DNA of 64,000 nt. Origin: Spirochaetota bacterium. GTDB lineage: Bacteria > Spirochaetota > UBA4802 > JAFGJZ01. Each line of letters opens with the position of its first letter. Position 1 is the stretch's first letter. The notes under the pieces are model-generated. The model worked only from the letters and a program-made list of their open reading frames with translations. It made no database searches and was not told the DNA's origin. A program made the position numbers and the translations under genes. The stretch covers positions 4,407 through 68,406 of the forward strand of contig JAFGJZ010000192.1 of NCBI GenBank assembly GCA_016928815.1, written 5' to 3'. Positions 1-9,045 of this stretch are shown here, in pieces.

Positions 1-78
1 ACAGACATCTCATGAAATTGCCGTAATATTCTTAACATAAGTAAATTTCGATCTGAAAACTGCAGTCAGGGGGCATTA

Positions 79-924
79 ATGGAAAAAATAATTCTGGATG
101 GAAAACATCTTGCCGGAGTAATTGAAACAAACCTAAAAGAAAGGGTTTCGGTTTTAAAAAAGGAACATGGTTTTGAGCCGGTTCTCGCAACGATACTTGT
201 CGGAGACGATCCTTCTTCGGAAATATATGTAAACATGAAAGCCAATGCATGCGGACGGGTCGGAATCGGTTCAAGGAAAATCAGGCTTCCCCAGGAGACT
301 TCTACTGATGAACTTTTAAAAGTGATAAATGAATTAAACTCTGATGCTGATGTAACCGGTATTCTTCTTCAGCATCCGGTTCCTCATCAGATAGATGAAA
401 GCCGGTGTTTTAACGCAATTGATATAGAAAAAGATGTGGATGGTGTGACAGCAACCGGTTTCGGGCGAATGGCTCTGAATCAGTCAGCTTACTGTTCGGC
501 GACACCCGGGGGAATAATACGTCTGTTGGATTATTATAAAATTGATGTAACAGGGAAAAGGGCGGTTGTAATCGGAAGAAGTCCGATTCTCGGCAAGCCG
601 ATGGCCATGATGCTGCTCAATAAAAACGCCACTGTTACAATCTGTCATTCAAAGACCCGGAATTTATCTGAAATCGTAAGTGAATCGGATGTTGTTGTTG
701 CCGCGATAGGAAAACCTGAGTTTATCCGTGCCGAATGGATTACTGAAGGTTCCGTAATCATTGATGCAGGATATCATCCCGGAAAAATCGGAGATGTGGA
801 TAAAAATGCTTTCGGTAAAGCATCCGCATATACTCCTGTGCCGGGAGGTGTCGGTCCGATGACAATTGCTACCTTAATAGAGCAGACGGTTCAGGCAGCA
901 GAAAAAAAAGTTAATCAGAAATAA
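79..924 (+). CDS. folD: Bifunctional methylenetetrahydrofolate dehydrogenase/cyclohydrolase FolD
   Basis: 281 aa; N-terminal [13 protein letters not shown], THF dehydrogenase/cyclohydrolase catalytic and NAD(P)-binding regions; AGGGGG RBS 7 nt upstream of ATG. Confidence 0.9.
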   Translation: MEKIILDGKHLAGVIETNLKERVSVLKKEHGFEPVLATILVGDDPSSEIYVNMKANACGRVGIGSRKIRLPQETSTDELLKVINELNSDADVTGILLQHPVPHQIDESRCFNAIDIEKDVDGVTATGFGRMALNQSAYCSATPGGIIRLLDYYKIDVTGKRAVVIGRSPILGKPMAMMLLNKNATVTICHSKTRNLSEIVSESDVVVAAIGKPEFIRAEWITEGSVIIDAGYHPGKIGDVDKNAFGKASAYTPVPGGVGPMTIATLIEQTVQAAEKKVNQK

Positions 925-975
925 TTTCCTGCAGGGATCAGGGCGGTTCTGACTGGATTTTGCTGTTTTCCGGAA

Positions 976-2760
976 TCAGATCCATGCAACTGCAAGTGCG
1001 CCAATCCCCGCATGAATTCCGACAACAGGTGAAATCTCCATTATGTATTCAGGTTTTTTACCTGTTGCTTCCGTCAGTTTTTCCGCGAATATCTCAGCCT
1101 GAGCAGGTACGCCTGCATGTACAACTGCATAACGGCTTATTGAATCCCTGTTTTTGGCTGCATTTTTCAGAATTTTTTTCAGGCTGGCTGTCCTGGAAAA
1201 TGACGTACTGTGAGCGGTTCCCCTGCCTTCTGCATTAAGTGTTATAACCGGTTTGAGATTTATTACATTTGCTATGAAACCTTTTAACGCACTGACACGT
1301 CCTCCACGGACCATGTATTTAAATGTCGCCACACTTACATATATACGCGCTTTTTCGAGAGTACTCTCTAAATTCCGGAGAATTTCATCATAAGCCATGC
1401 CGGCAGTCGCATGCTCAGCGGCTGAAATTACTGCAAGACCTTCTGCAGCTGAATTAAGCCTGCTGTCTATAACTGTCGCCGGGTACCCTTTTTCCCGTAA
1501 TCTGCTGATGCTGTTTTTCATAACCTGCCATGTACCGCTCTGTACTTTAGCAACCGGTATTGCAATTATTGATCTGTAATGAGATGCGAGCCATTCAAAA
1601 GTCTGTTCAACTCTGAGAGGATCAGGAGCCGAGCTTGTCGGATATTCCTGATGACTGTTCAGATACGGATAAAAGGTTTCTCCTGTAATTGTAATCCGGT
1701 CAAGATATTCGTTTTTCCCCCAGATGATTTTCTGAGGAATTACATGAATCTGATAACGGTCAATCAGTTCCCGTGGAATGTCTGCAATCGAATCTGTAAC
1801 GATTGCCGTTTCAGATAAAGGATTGTGTACGGCATTATACTGAAGAAGCATGTCGTCTACTTTCTGTTCAATGATTGCGCCGTAATCCTTCAGAATCAAA
1901 AAAACCGCTGACGGATTATTTGTATGTATGTGAATTTTAGTTTTGTTCCTTCCCCGGCTTATTATGAGAGAATCACCGTAAGGATTTAATTTTTCCCGGG
2001 TTATTTCATCTGATGACTCCCTCAGCATGAGAGCTTCCGTACAGTAACGGAATAGTATTTCCTTATCGCTTACCGGAATATCATGAAGGGTTTTTTCATC
2101 CTCGTCATGCAATTCCTGGATGACTGTTTTTTGCGCTGGGACTATTCCCGTGGAGATCATTCCCGCTATTCCTTCCAGAAATGAAACAAAACCTGAAGCT
2201 CCTGCGTCAATGACACCCGCTTTTTTCAGTACTGAAAGCTGTTCTTTGGTTTTTTTAAGTGCAGTCCGTGCTGATGTGATGCTTTTTATGAAAAGATCAT
2301 TAAAATTGTGGATTGCCTGACCTAATATGTACATTTCTTCCGACCAGACTCTGAGAATTGTCAGAAGAGTTCCTTCTTTGGGATCTTCCAGCGAGTTATA
2401 TGTTGATTTGGCTGCATTACGCAATGCTGAACCGAATTCAAAGGTTGTCATTACATCTTTTTCCGAACATTCGTAAGCCAGTCCGTTTATAAACTGAGCT
2501 ACGATAATTCCTGAATTTCCTCTTGCACCGGAAAGAGCCTTATCTGCAATTGAATTTAGTGTCTGGGACAGTGAGTCAGATATTTTTTCCGCCTGAATGG
2601 TTGAGTAAAATGTTGAAACCATATTACTTCCAGTATCTCCGTCAGCAACAGGGAAAACATTTATTTCATTCAGGTAATTTTTCTGCTTCAGCAGATTGTC
2701 ATAACCTGATAAAAAGCTGTTGTAAAGTCTGATTCCGTTTAGTTTTGTATAATCCTTCAA
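976..2760 (-). CDS. DAK2-domain / DegV-like fusion protein (YloV family)
   Basis: 594 aa; N-terminal DhaL/DAK2 motif FPVADGDTGSNM, C-terminal DegV-like fatty-acid-binding fold (IAIVTDSxADIP...). Confidence 0.8.
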   Translation of the reverse strand: MKDYTKLNGIRLYNSFLSGYDNLLKQKNYLNEINVFPVADGDTGSNMVSTFYSTIQAEKISDSLSQTLNSIADKALSGARGNSGIIVAQFINGLAYECSEKDVMTTFEFGSALRNAAKSTYNSLEDPKEGTLLTILRVWSEEMYILGQAIHNFNDLFIKSITSARTALKKTKEQLSVLKKAGVIDAGASGFVSFLEGIAGMISTGIVPAQKTVIQELHDEDEKTLHDIPVSDKEILFRYCTEALMLRESSDEITREKLNPYGDSLIISRGRNKTKIHIHTNNPSAVFLILKDYGAIIEQKVDDMLLQYNAVHNPLSETAIVTDSIADIPRELIDRYQIHVIPQKIIWGKNEYLDRITITGETFYPYLNSHQEYPTSSAPDPLRVEQTFEWLASHYRSIIAIPVAKVQSGTWQVMKNSISRLREKGYPATVIDSRLNSAAEGLAVISAAEHATAGMAYDEILRNLESTLEKARIYVSVATFKYMVRGGRVSALKGFIANVINLKPVITLNAEGRGTAHSTSFSRTASLKKILKNAAKNRDSISRYAVVHAGVPAQAEIFAEKLTEATGKKPEYIMEISPVVGIHAGIGALAVAWI

Positions 2761-2781
2761 GTTGTTCTCCAGTATTGTAGT

Positions 2782-3399
2782 TTAAAAAATCTTTTTTTCA
2801 GTCCTGTTGATAAGATTTCTGATATTTTTGTGATGCTTTATTAATACGGCCGCCGGAATTAAAAGCATGAAAGCAAAAAAAACGGTTTCTATCCGGTTGC
2901 CTGAAATTTTACTGATAACAATATACCACACTGGAAGTGAAACGGCTGCAGAAATTGTGGCCGCAGACACTTTCCGTGATATGGAAAGCACAGTTATGAA
3001 TACGACAGCGCATGCCGGAAAGAGCGGTGGGAATATAGCTGTGAAGATCCCCGCTCCTGTTGCTGCGCCTTTTCCTCCGCGAAAACCTGTGAAAACCGGA
3101 AAAAGATGTCCCGTAAAAGCTGCAGTTCCCGACAGGACTGCAAGCAGGTTAGTGGAAATACCGAATTCAGTTTCCGAGTGAAGTATCATCCAGACAGGTA
3201 TAAATCCTTTTAAAAAGTCAAAAAGGAAAACAGGTATTGCTCCTTTTAATCCGGTTATTCTGTAAACATTGGTAGCTCCTGAATTACCGCTGCCTGCGGT
3301 ACGTATATCCTTTCCGGTCATGATTTTTGTCATGATAAAAGCGGAGGGAATTGATCCCAGCAGCCATGCGGCGCTTATAATCAGAAAAATTTTCAGAAT
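2782..3399 (-). CDS. plsY: Glycerol-3-phosphate acyltransferase PlsY (start apparently non-ATG; first ATG at 3333)
   Basis: GSGNSGATNVYR signature. The in-frame upstream codons encode the expected first TM helix (ILKIFLIISAAWLLGSIPSAF) but contain no ATG/GTG/TTG after the neighbouring gene's stop. AAAGAG RBS precedes ATT/CTG codons at 3399/3396. Confidence 0.75.
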   Translation of the reverse strand: MLKIFLIISAAWLLGSIPSAFIMTKIMTGKDIRTAGSGNSGATNVYRITGLKGAIPVFLFDFLKGFIPVWMILHSETEFGISTNLLAVLSGTAAFTGHLFPVFTGFRGGKGAATGAGIFTAIFPPLFPACAVVFITVLSISRKVSAATISAAVSLPVWYIVISKISGNRIETVFFAFMLLIPAAVLIKHHKNIRNLINRTEKKIF

Positions 3400-3400
3400 A

Positions 3401-4168
3401 TTAACTCTTTTTAGGCGGAAGGGGCACGAGAATTGACGTTTTCTGTTTATAGGAAATATAATCCGGATTGTCTCCCCATTTGCTATCCGCAGATTTTTCC
3501 AGCAGAGGTATGCCGCTTACAAATATAATCAGAAGTGTAATAAATAATGGACCTGTAAAATAAAGCAGCTGAAAACCTGAAAAGATGAAAATTCCTGGAA
3601 GTGCAATTCCCCACCAGAATATGATTTCTCCGAAATAATTCGGATGCCTGGAGTATTTCCATAATCCTGAAGAAATAAATCCTTTGTTCCCCGGATTCAT
3701 TTTGAATCTATATTTCTGAATATCTGCTACAGTTTCAATTATCAGACCCGCTGTAAATAGAATTACTCCCGGAATTAGCAAATATTGAGAGTTAAGTGAT
3801 AATTCGGATGTTATAATACCGTAAACAGGCAGAAGTACAACCCAGATTGTAACAGCCTGCAGCAGCCAGAACAAACCGAATTTTACAAAACTGTCACGCT
3901 TGTCATCGAATCTGTGATCCACTTTGATGTGCAGAATACGGTAGAAAAGATAACTTCCGAGGCGTAATCCCCATATGATAACGGCAGCTGCGGTCATTAT
4001 TTTAATGAAGTTAATGTTTTCCGCAGTTAAAAACATAATTACAGTAAGAATAATGAAAGTAAGACTGTATGTAATGTCCGTAAATATATCCGTATGCAGA
4101 AGTAATGCAATGATAAAGAAAATTCCGTTAATTGCCAGACTTGTTAAAAGTAAATTTAAAAGCGTCAT
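3401..4168 (-). CDS. DUF1295 / isoprenylcysteine-carboxyl-methyltransferase-like membrane protein
   Basis: 255 aa polytopic membrane protein with RHPNYFGE(I) motif typical of ICMT/DUF1295/steroid-reductase-like methyltransferase fold. Confidence 0.7.
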   Translation of the reverse strand: MTLLNLLLTSLAINGIFFIIALLLHTDIFTDITYSLTFIILTVIMFLTAENINFIKIMTAAAVIIWGLRLGSYLFYRILHIKVDHRFDDKRDSFVKFGLFWLLQAVTIWVVLLPVYGIITSELSLNSQYLLIPGVILFTAGLIIETVADIQKYRFKMNPGNKGFISSGLWKYSRHPNYFGEIIFWWGIALPGIFIFSGFQLLYFTGPLFITLLIIFVSGIPLLEKSADSKWGDNPDYISYKQKTSILVPLPPKKS

Positions 4169-4410
4169 TTCATTCTCCGTCTACTGCAGTTTTTCTTTAT
4201 TATGTCACTGTTTTTACCGTCTGTCAATATAAAATAACAGTTACGGTAGCCTGGATTACTGCTTCATTGCAATGCCGGGTTATATAATATACGAATTATC
4301 AGGCATATATGCATAAATAGAAATTGAGTATTCAGAAAAGGTTTATGAAAATTAATTTATAATATGAAATTATACTTGACATTGCTTTAATTCAGAGGAA
4401 TCATATAATT

Positions 4411-4611
4411 ATGAATATAAATTTTAATGCATTTGATAATCATAATTTCGTACTGCAGGTTCAGGATAATGAAGGTCTGACTCACAGACTTCAGAATATT
4501 GCAGGTTCAAAGTGGCATCCTGACTGCGGAATGTGGTCATTTCCGGACACACCGGAAATAATCAATGAAGTGCTTTCGATTGTTTATGAGAATTCAAAAG
4601 ATGCACATTGA
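4411..4611 (+). CDS. Hypothetical small protein (66 aa)
   Basis: ORF with AGAGGAA RBS ~10 nt upstream; no recognisable domain; sits at edge of repeat-delimited island. Confidence 0.3.
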   Translation: MNINFNAFDNHNFVLQVQDNEGLTHRLQNIAGSKWHPDCGMWSFPDTPEIINEVLSIVYENSKDAH

Positions 4612-4931
4612 CCGTTATTTTCATGCCGGATCATTTAGAAAAAAACGTAACCTCCAGGCATAAAATCTGGCGGATGCAGTTTCACACGAAAAAAGCTTCA
4701 AAACAATAATGAATAATTATGAATTCATGGCTTGTTTGATTTCTTATCTCCCGGTTAAACATAAGAAAGCTTCTCTAAACACATGAAACGGAAGAGGGCT
4801 GTTTTGTCTCGCGCGGACTTGCGGGTGGGCCTCCTTAAAAACGGTTTTTTGCATGTAAAAGTTTTTGAGCCGGTAACGATTCGGATATTCTATATGTCAA
4901 TTTAGTGTTTATAAAAATTTCCGCCGCGCGC

Positions 4932-5061
4932 AAATTTTAATTGACCTGCGCCATCAGACATGATTATGAAATAGTTGCATTTAATCACACAATATGTGAT
5001 CTTATTTCTTTGAGTGGGTTTGTCGCGGGTAAGGATTTGCCGGAGGAAATTCCTGGATGTT
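4932..5061 (+). repeat. ~130-bp intergenic repeat, copy 1 (contains TTGACC-18nt-TATGAA promoter-like element and conserved 3' end TTGCCGGAGGAAATTCCT)
   Basis: Near-identical to 6274..6403 (~90% identity by eye) and more diverged copy at 8775..8896; lies 55 bp upstream of ankyrin gene. Confidence 0.8.
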
Positions 5062-5115
5062 AGAAAATGATTCATGTAATCTGTAATAAAATGATGAGTA
5101 AACGGAGATATTATC

Positions 5116-6237
5116 ATGAAACAAGATAAAGAATTAGTATCTATACTTTGTTCAGGAAATGAGGATGATTTGGATCTTTTTCTTTCTTTATCTGAAACAT
5201 TACCAGATACTGTTATAGATGAGCATAACTGCGGATGGAGTCCTCTTGAATTTGCAGCACAACTAACTGCCAATGATAACAATCGCATTCCCCTATTGAA
5301 AAAGCTTGTCAACGTTTTGGATGAAAAAGCGCAGGCATATGCACTTATTCGTGCAGCATCAGAAGAGAATACCCTTAAGCAAGTTATAGTCCTTCTTGAA
5401 GCAGGGGTTGCACCAGATGTGCGTGGAAAAGAGGGAGAAACTGCTTTAATGAGGGCTGTCGGCAACAATAACCCTAAAGTAACTTATGCACTTCTTATCC
5501 ATGGTGCTGATCCAAAAGCACAACGAAATGATGGTAGCAGTGTATCTATATCTACTGATGGATTTAGGGATAGTCTGGTTACTCTTCTTATAAAAAGTGC
5601 GATGAGTGAAAATTTGAAATCACCCAGAGAGCTTATGATTGATGAAGAGATTATTCATTGTTTTCGTTGCTGGCTGGGTGGTCTTACCAAACTTTCAACA
5701 GATCTCAAAAGTCAGCGTCTTTACTGCCTTGCCATTGACGGAAGATATCTGAAAGCAAATACAGAGGAATCTTTTAGCAAAACGTTATTAGAGTATAGAT
5801 TAAGGGAGGAAATACGGCTGCCTACAGATCTGACCCCTCAAACACTATCGCCTGAACTTAAACAGGAAGCTGAATGGGAAATGCAATTTGATGAAGAGAT
5901 AACCCTTGAAAGATGGGTAACTGAGCGTAATGAAGAGAACAGATTTATGAATGAAATGAATGATGAAAGTCATAAAGAACATGGTTATCATTATCAAAAG
6001 CCTGATGTGATTAGACATTTGCGATTCAATCCAGGAGATTTTTCATTTGTTGTCCCTTCACATACACCTTCTTCTGCTGAACTTGACTTTAAGGCATTGA
6101 AGGAAATCAGGAAGCATGATGACCGCACTGAATCCGATCTGCTTGTTGAATTGTTTATGGATAACCGATCTGTTCTTGAGACACTATTTTCGCTTACAGA
6201 TGACTTTATTGTGATCGCACCTGGACACATATATTAA
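5116..6237 (+). CDS. Ankyrin-repeat protein (cytoplasmic, unknown function)
   Basis: 373 aa; several ANK repeats (LEFAAQLTANDN..., GETALMRAVGNNNPKVTYALLIHGADPKAQ); GGAGA RBS 7 nt upstream; no signal peptide. Confidence 0.8.
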   Translation: MKQDKELVSILCSGNEDDLDLFLSLSETLPDTVIDEHNCGWSPLEFAAQLTANDNNRIPLLKKLVNVLDEKAQAYALIRAASEENTLKQVIVLLEAGVAPDVRGKEGETALMRAVGNNNPKVTYALLIHGADPKAQRNDGSSVSISTDGFRDSLVTLLIKSAMSENLKSPRELMIDEEIIHCFRCWLGGLTKLSTDLKSQRLYCLAIDGRYLKANTEESFSKTLLEYRLREEIRLPTDLTPQTLSPELKQEAEWEMQFDEEITLERWVTERNEENRFMNEMNDESHKEHGYHYQKPDVIRHLRFNPGDFSFVVPSHTPSSAELDFKALKEIRKHDDRTESDLLVELFMDNRSVLETLFSLTDDFIVIAPGHIY

Positions 6238-6273
6238 GCATTACAAAATAATAGAGGAATGAGATTAATTATT

Positions 6274-6403
6274 AAATTTTAATTGACCTACGCCATCAGA
6301 CATGATTATGAAATAGTTGCATTTAATCACGCAATATAAGATCTTATTTCTTTGAGTAGATTTGTCGCGGGTAAGGATTTGCCGCAGGAAATTCCTGGAT
6401 GTT
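6274..6403 (+). repeat. ~130-bp intergenic repeat, copy 2
   Basis: Starts 36 bp after ankyrin stop, ends 58 bp before next gene; aligns base-for-base with copy 1 with few substitutions. Confidence 0.8.
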
Positions 6404-6461
6404 AAAAAAACATTTGGACTTCAAGATTTAGTCGTGACTATATTAAGGAGAAAATTCACAA

Positions 6462-7061
6462 TTGAATAAATCTGCTGAATATTTCATAATAGATATTAAC
6501 TATTACAAAACGCCTTGTCGCCATATAGAAATGGAAAGTGTACCAAGAATAAAAGGTATACGTTGGTTAAGGGGTCAACCATTTACTATACCAGTACCTG
6601 AACCTCTTAAGTTAAATTTTTCCAGATTAAATCGTAACCACCCTGAAATGAGTGATCGCGTTCTGAATTTTATGGATGCAGCTAAATTTCCTATCTTTAG
6701 TGATAAACTTATTTCATCACTACGTTCGTTTGGTGTTGACAATTTTGAGACATACAACTTAGAAATATATGATCCTGATAGTAATAAAGTTTATTCAAAT
6801 TACAAAGCGGTAAATATTCTTGGATTATTGAAGGCTGCGGATATGGATAAATCTACCTATACAATTTCTGATGGTATTCCTTTGGTTAATGTTGAATTTG
6901 AAGAACTACATATTGATCCAAATAAAACTCATGATTTTAAGCTATTTCGTTTAGCTGAAAAACTTGGCCCAATTTTTATACATGAAAAATTAAAAAGGTA
7001 CTTAGAATCCTGTGGTTTTGATGAGATTGTTTATTATGTAACTTCAGAAGCTGCCATATGA
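6462..7061 (+). CDS. Paralog-family protein 1 (uncharacterised ~185-aa cytoplasmic family; immunity-protein-like)
   Basis: 199 aa; TTG start with strong AAGGAGA RBS. Shares GVDNF..Y...L.D....Y.NY.AVNIIG and FRL.E...L.V motifs with 7058-, 8210-, 44571- and 45287- genes. Confidence 0.7.
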   Translation: MNKSAEYFIIDINYYKTPCRHIEMESVPRIKGIRWLRGQPFTIPVPEPLKLNFSRLNRNHPEMSDRVLNFMDAAKFPIFSDKLISSLRSFGVDNFETYNLEIYDPDSNKVYSNYKAVNILGLLKAADMDKSTYTISDGIPLVNVEFEELHIDPNKTHDFKLFRLAEKLGPIFIHEKLKRYLESCGFDEIVYYVTSEAAI

Positions 7062-7609
7062 ACTATTTTTTTTGCAGACAGGATCTTTTTTCGAATATTG
7101 ATACAGCGGAAATTAGCGGCCATACTGCAGATACTGGGAAATATTTCTGGACTTCAGGTATGAAAATCCAGGAAAAAATTCCACTTCAGGTATTGGATTT
7201 AGATACAGAATATGGAACAAAATTGCCTGCGTTTTTTGATACATCTCTTCCGGTAATGTCTTCAGGTTTAATTGATGCATTTGAGAATGCAGGTGTTGAT
7301 AATTTTGATAAATACCCTGTAATTCTTAAACGATTAGACAATGGAATGGAATATGCAAATTACTTCGCTGTTAATTTTATTGGTTGCATTGATGCGTTGG
7401 ATAAGGAAAAAACTGCAATTATTAATGAGTCTTTCCGTAGATATTCACATGTAGTAATTGATGAAAAAAAAACTCAAGGATTTAAATGTTTTAGATTAAA
7501 AGATGGTCCAAGTTTATTAGTTGTCGATGAAAATGTTAAAAAAAAATTGGAAAACCATGATTTTTATTCTTTGTTATTGCAAAAATGTGAGGATTATAAC
7601 CAAATATAA
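7058..7609 (+). CDS. Paralog-family protein 2
   Basis: 183 aa; ATGA start/stop overlap with upstream paralog (translational coupling); same conserved core motifs. Confidence 0.7.
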   Translation: MNYFFCRQDLFSNIDTAEISGHTADTGKYFWTSGMKIQEKIPLQVLDLDTEYGTKLPAFFDTSLPVMSSGLIDAFENAGVDNFDKYPVILKRLDNGMEYANYFAVNFIGCIDALDKEKTAIINESFRRYSHVVIDEKKTQGFKCFRLKDGPSLLVVDENVKKKLENHDFYSLLLQKCEDYNQI

Positions 7610-7875
7610 TAATCATGAGCACCGGTGATGCAATCAGCTCAGTGCAGGGAGTAGCAGGCAACAGGATGAAAGCCGAATGCGAGTTTATGAAGTATTCTTT
7701 TGATTTTAAGTTTGAAGGGAAGAATATGTGGCGGTTGGGAGATCCGTTGTTCCATAACAAGAAGAATATTGTGGGGTGAGGGGAAGGATTTTGATTCAAT
7801 TGTTCTATCTTGGAATTTAAAAGTCTAATTTTTTGGCAAAATAATTTAACTTTAAAAAGAAAGGAAGGACTGTAT

Positions 7876-8136
7876 ATGAATAATGATGAGTTGGGTCAAT
7901 TAATAACTCGTATTAAAAAAGATGTTTTGAAAGTCGGTGATGAAATTTACGGAGCAGTAACCAAAAAAACACCAAAAAATAATCTTACCGATTTACTTTA
8001 TCGATCTCATAATTTATTAAAGGAATATGATGATTTATTATCACAATTAAAGGGCGGGAAAAAGGAATCGCTTTTAAGTTTTGAATTTGATGTTGACCAG
8101 ATACGTGAAAACCTTAAAATAATTGAAGCAAATTAA
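7876..8136 (+). CDS. Hypothetical small helical protein (86 aa)
   Basis: AAGGAAGG RBS 7 nt upstream of ATG at 7876 (ORF extends to 7810 but RBS supports 7876); no domain recognised. Confidence 0.4.
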   Translation: MNNDELGQLITRIKKDVLKVGDEIYGAVTKKTPKNNLTDLLYRSHNLLKEYDDLLSQLKGGKKESLLSFEFDVDQIRENLKIIEAN

Positions 8137-8209
8137 CTGTGTAAATGATCGTAGATGGAAAATTGGAAGAAAGCATAACAAATCTGCATAAATGATACGG
8201 GAGAATATA

Positions 8210-8776
8210 ATGCCTTACTATTTTTTGATGCGTTCGCCAGGTGGGGATTATCAGTTATGTGACACGGATATGCCTCAACAGAAGAATGGGTTAAAAGAGA
8301 ATAGATTTATCAAAGGTTCAAAGATCAAATCGGAAGAGATTATGGAGCCTATTATAATTAATTTGCGATACATAGAAGATGTTATGCCTGAATTCTTTAT
8401 GTTTCCACTTGTATTTCGAGATGACCTGCTTGCTGATATATTGGAATTCGGAATTGAAAATATTGACAGCTATAAATGTACTTTACTGGATAACATATCA
8501 GGAAAAATCTGGACAGAGTATAAAGTGTGTAATATCATCGGAATGCTTGATGTATTTGATATGAATGCCTCAAAACTATTTGTGGATTCACCACGTGATG
8601 ATGCTTATCTATTTGATGAAATTGTAATAAATGAAAGCAAAGCATTAAATCAGCATATATTTCGCCCTTATGGACGTCCGTCTGATATTCTTATATCTGA
8701 AGAATTAAAGAACTATTTAGAAACAAAAAGTAAATATATTAACATGCAATTTGTTAAGCCAAAAAATTTTGCATAA
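8210..8776 (+). CDS. Paralog-family protein 3
   Basis: GGGAGA RBS upstream of ATG at 8210 (N-terminus MPYYFLM matches family M-x-Y-F start); conserved core motifs GIENIDSY, NIIGMLD, IFRP. Confidence 0.7.
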   Translation: MPYYFLMRSPGGDYQLCDTDMPQQKNGLKENRFIKGSKIKSEEIMEPIIINLRYIEDVMPEFFMFPLVFRDDLLADILEFGIENIDSYKCTLLDNISGKIWTEYKVCNIIGMLDVFDMNASKLFVDSPRDDAYLFDEIVINESKALNQHIFRPYGRPSDILISEELKNYLETKSKYINMQFVKPKNFA

Positions 8777-8896
8777 ATTATCATTGATCTGCGCCGTCAG
8801 ACATGATTTTGGAACAGTTACATATAATCATGCAATATATGATCTTATTTCTTTTAATGGGGTCATTGCGTGTAAGTGTTTGCCGGAGGAAATTCC
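8775..8896 (+). repeat. ~125-bp intergenic repeat, copy 3 (diverged)
   Basis: Begins at stop codon of 8210..8776; retains GCGCCGTCAGACATGA and TTGCCGGAGGAAATTCCT blocks of copies 1/2. Confidence 0.7.
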
Positions 8897-9045
8897 TATT
8901 TAAAGTCTAGTGGCAAATTTCCGGCAGTTTTCCGGATAAGTATCATATTATTAATAATTATATCCTTAAATAAAATTATATTGCAATTCATCCTTCTTTT
9001 AGCAATTATGAATCCGGAATGCAGATTTATGGCGCAAATTAATAC

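Noticed and set aside
960-1238. 92-aa plus-strand ORF
   Set aside because: Completely inside the YloV-like gene on the opposite strand; no RBS; spurious.
4902-5468. 188-aa minus-strand ORF spanning repeat copy 1 and the ankyrin gene start
   Set aside because: Antisense to a well-supported gene and to the repeat; Ser/Arg-rich low-complexity translation; no RBS.
4932-8896. Classical integron (intI + attI + attC cassettes)
   Set aside because: No tyrosine recombinase in or next to the array (the divergent gene is a DUF1295 methyltransferase). The repeat ends only loosely match the RYYYAAC/GTTRRRY cores. The repeats also carry promoter-like elements, which is atypical for attC. Kept only as a low-confidence CALIN-like hypothesis.
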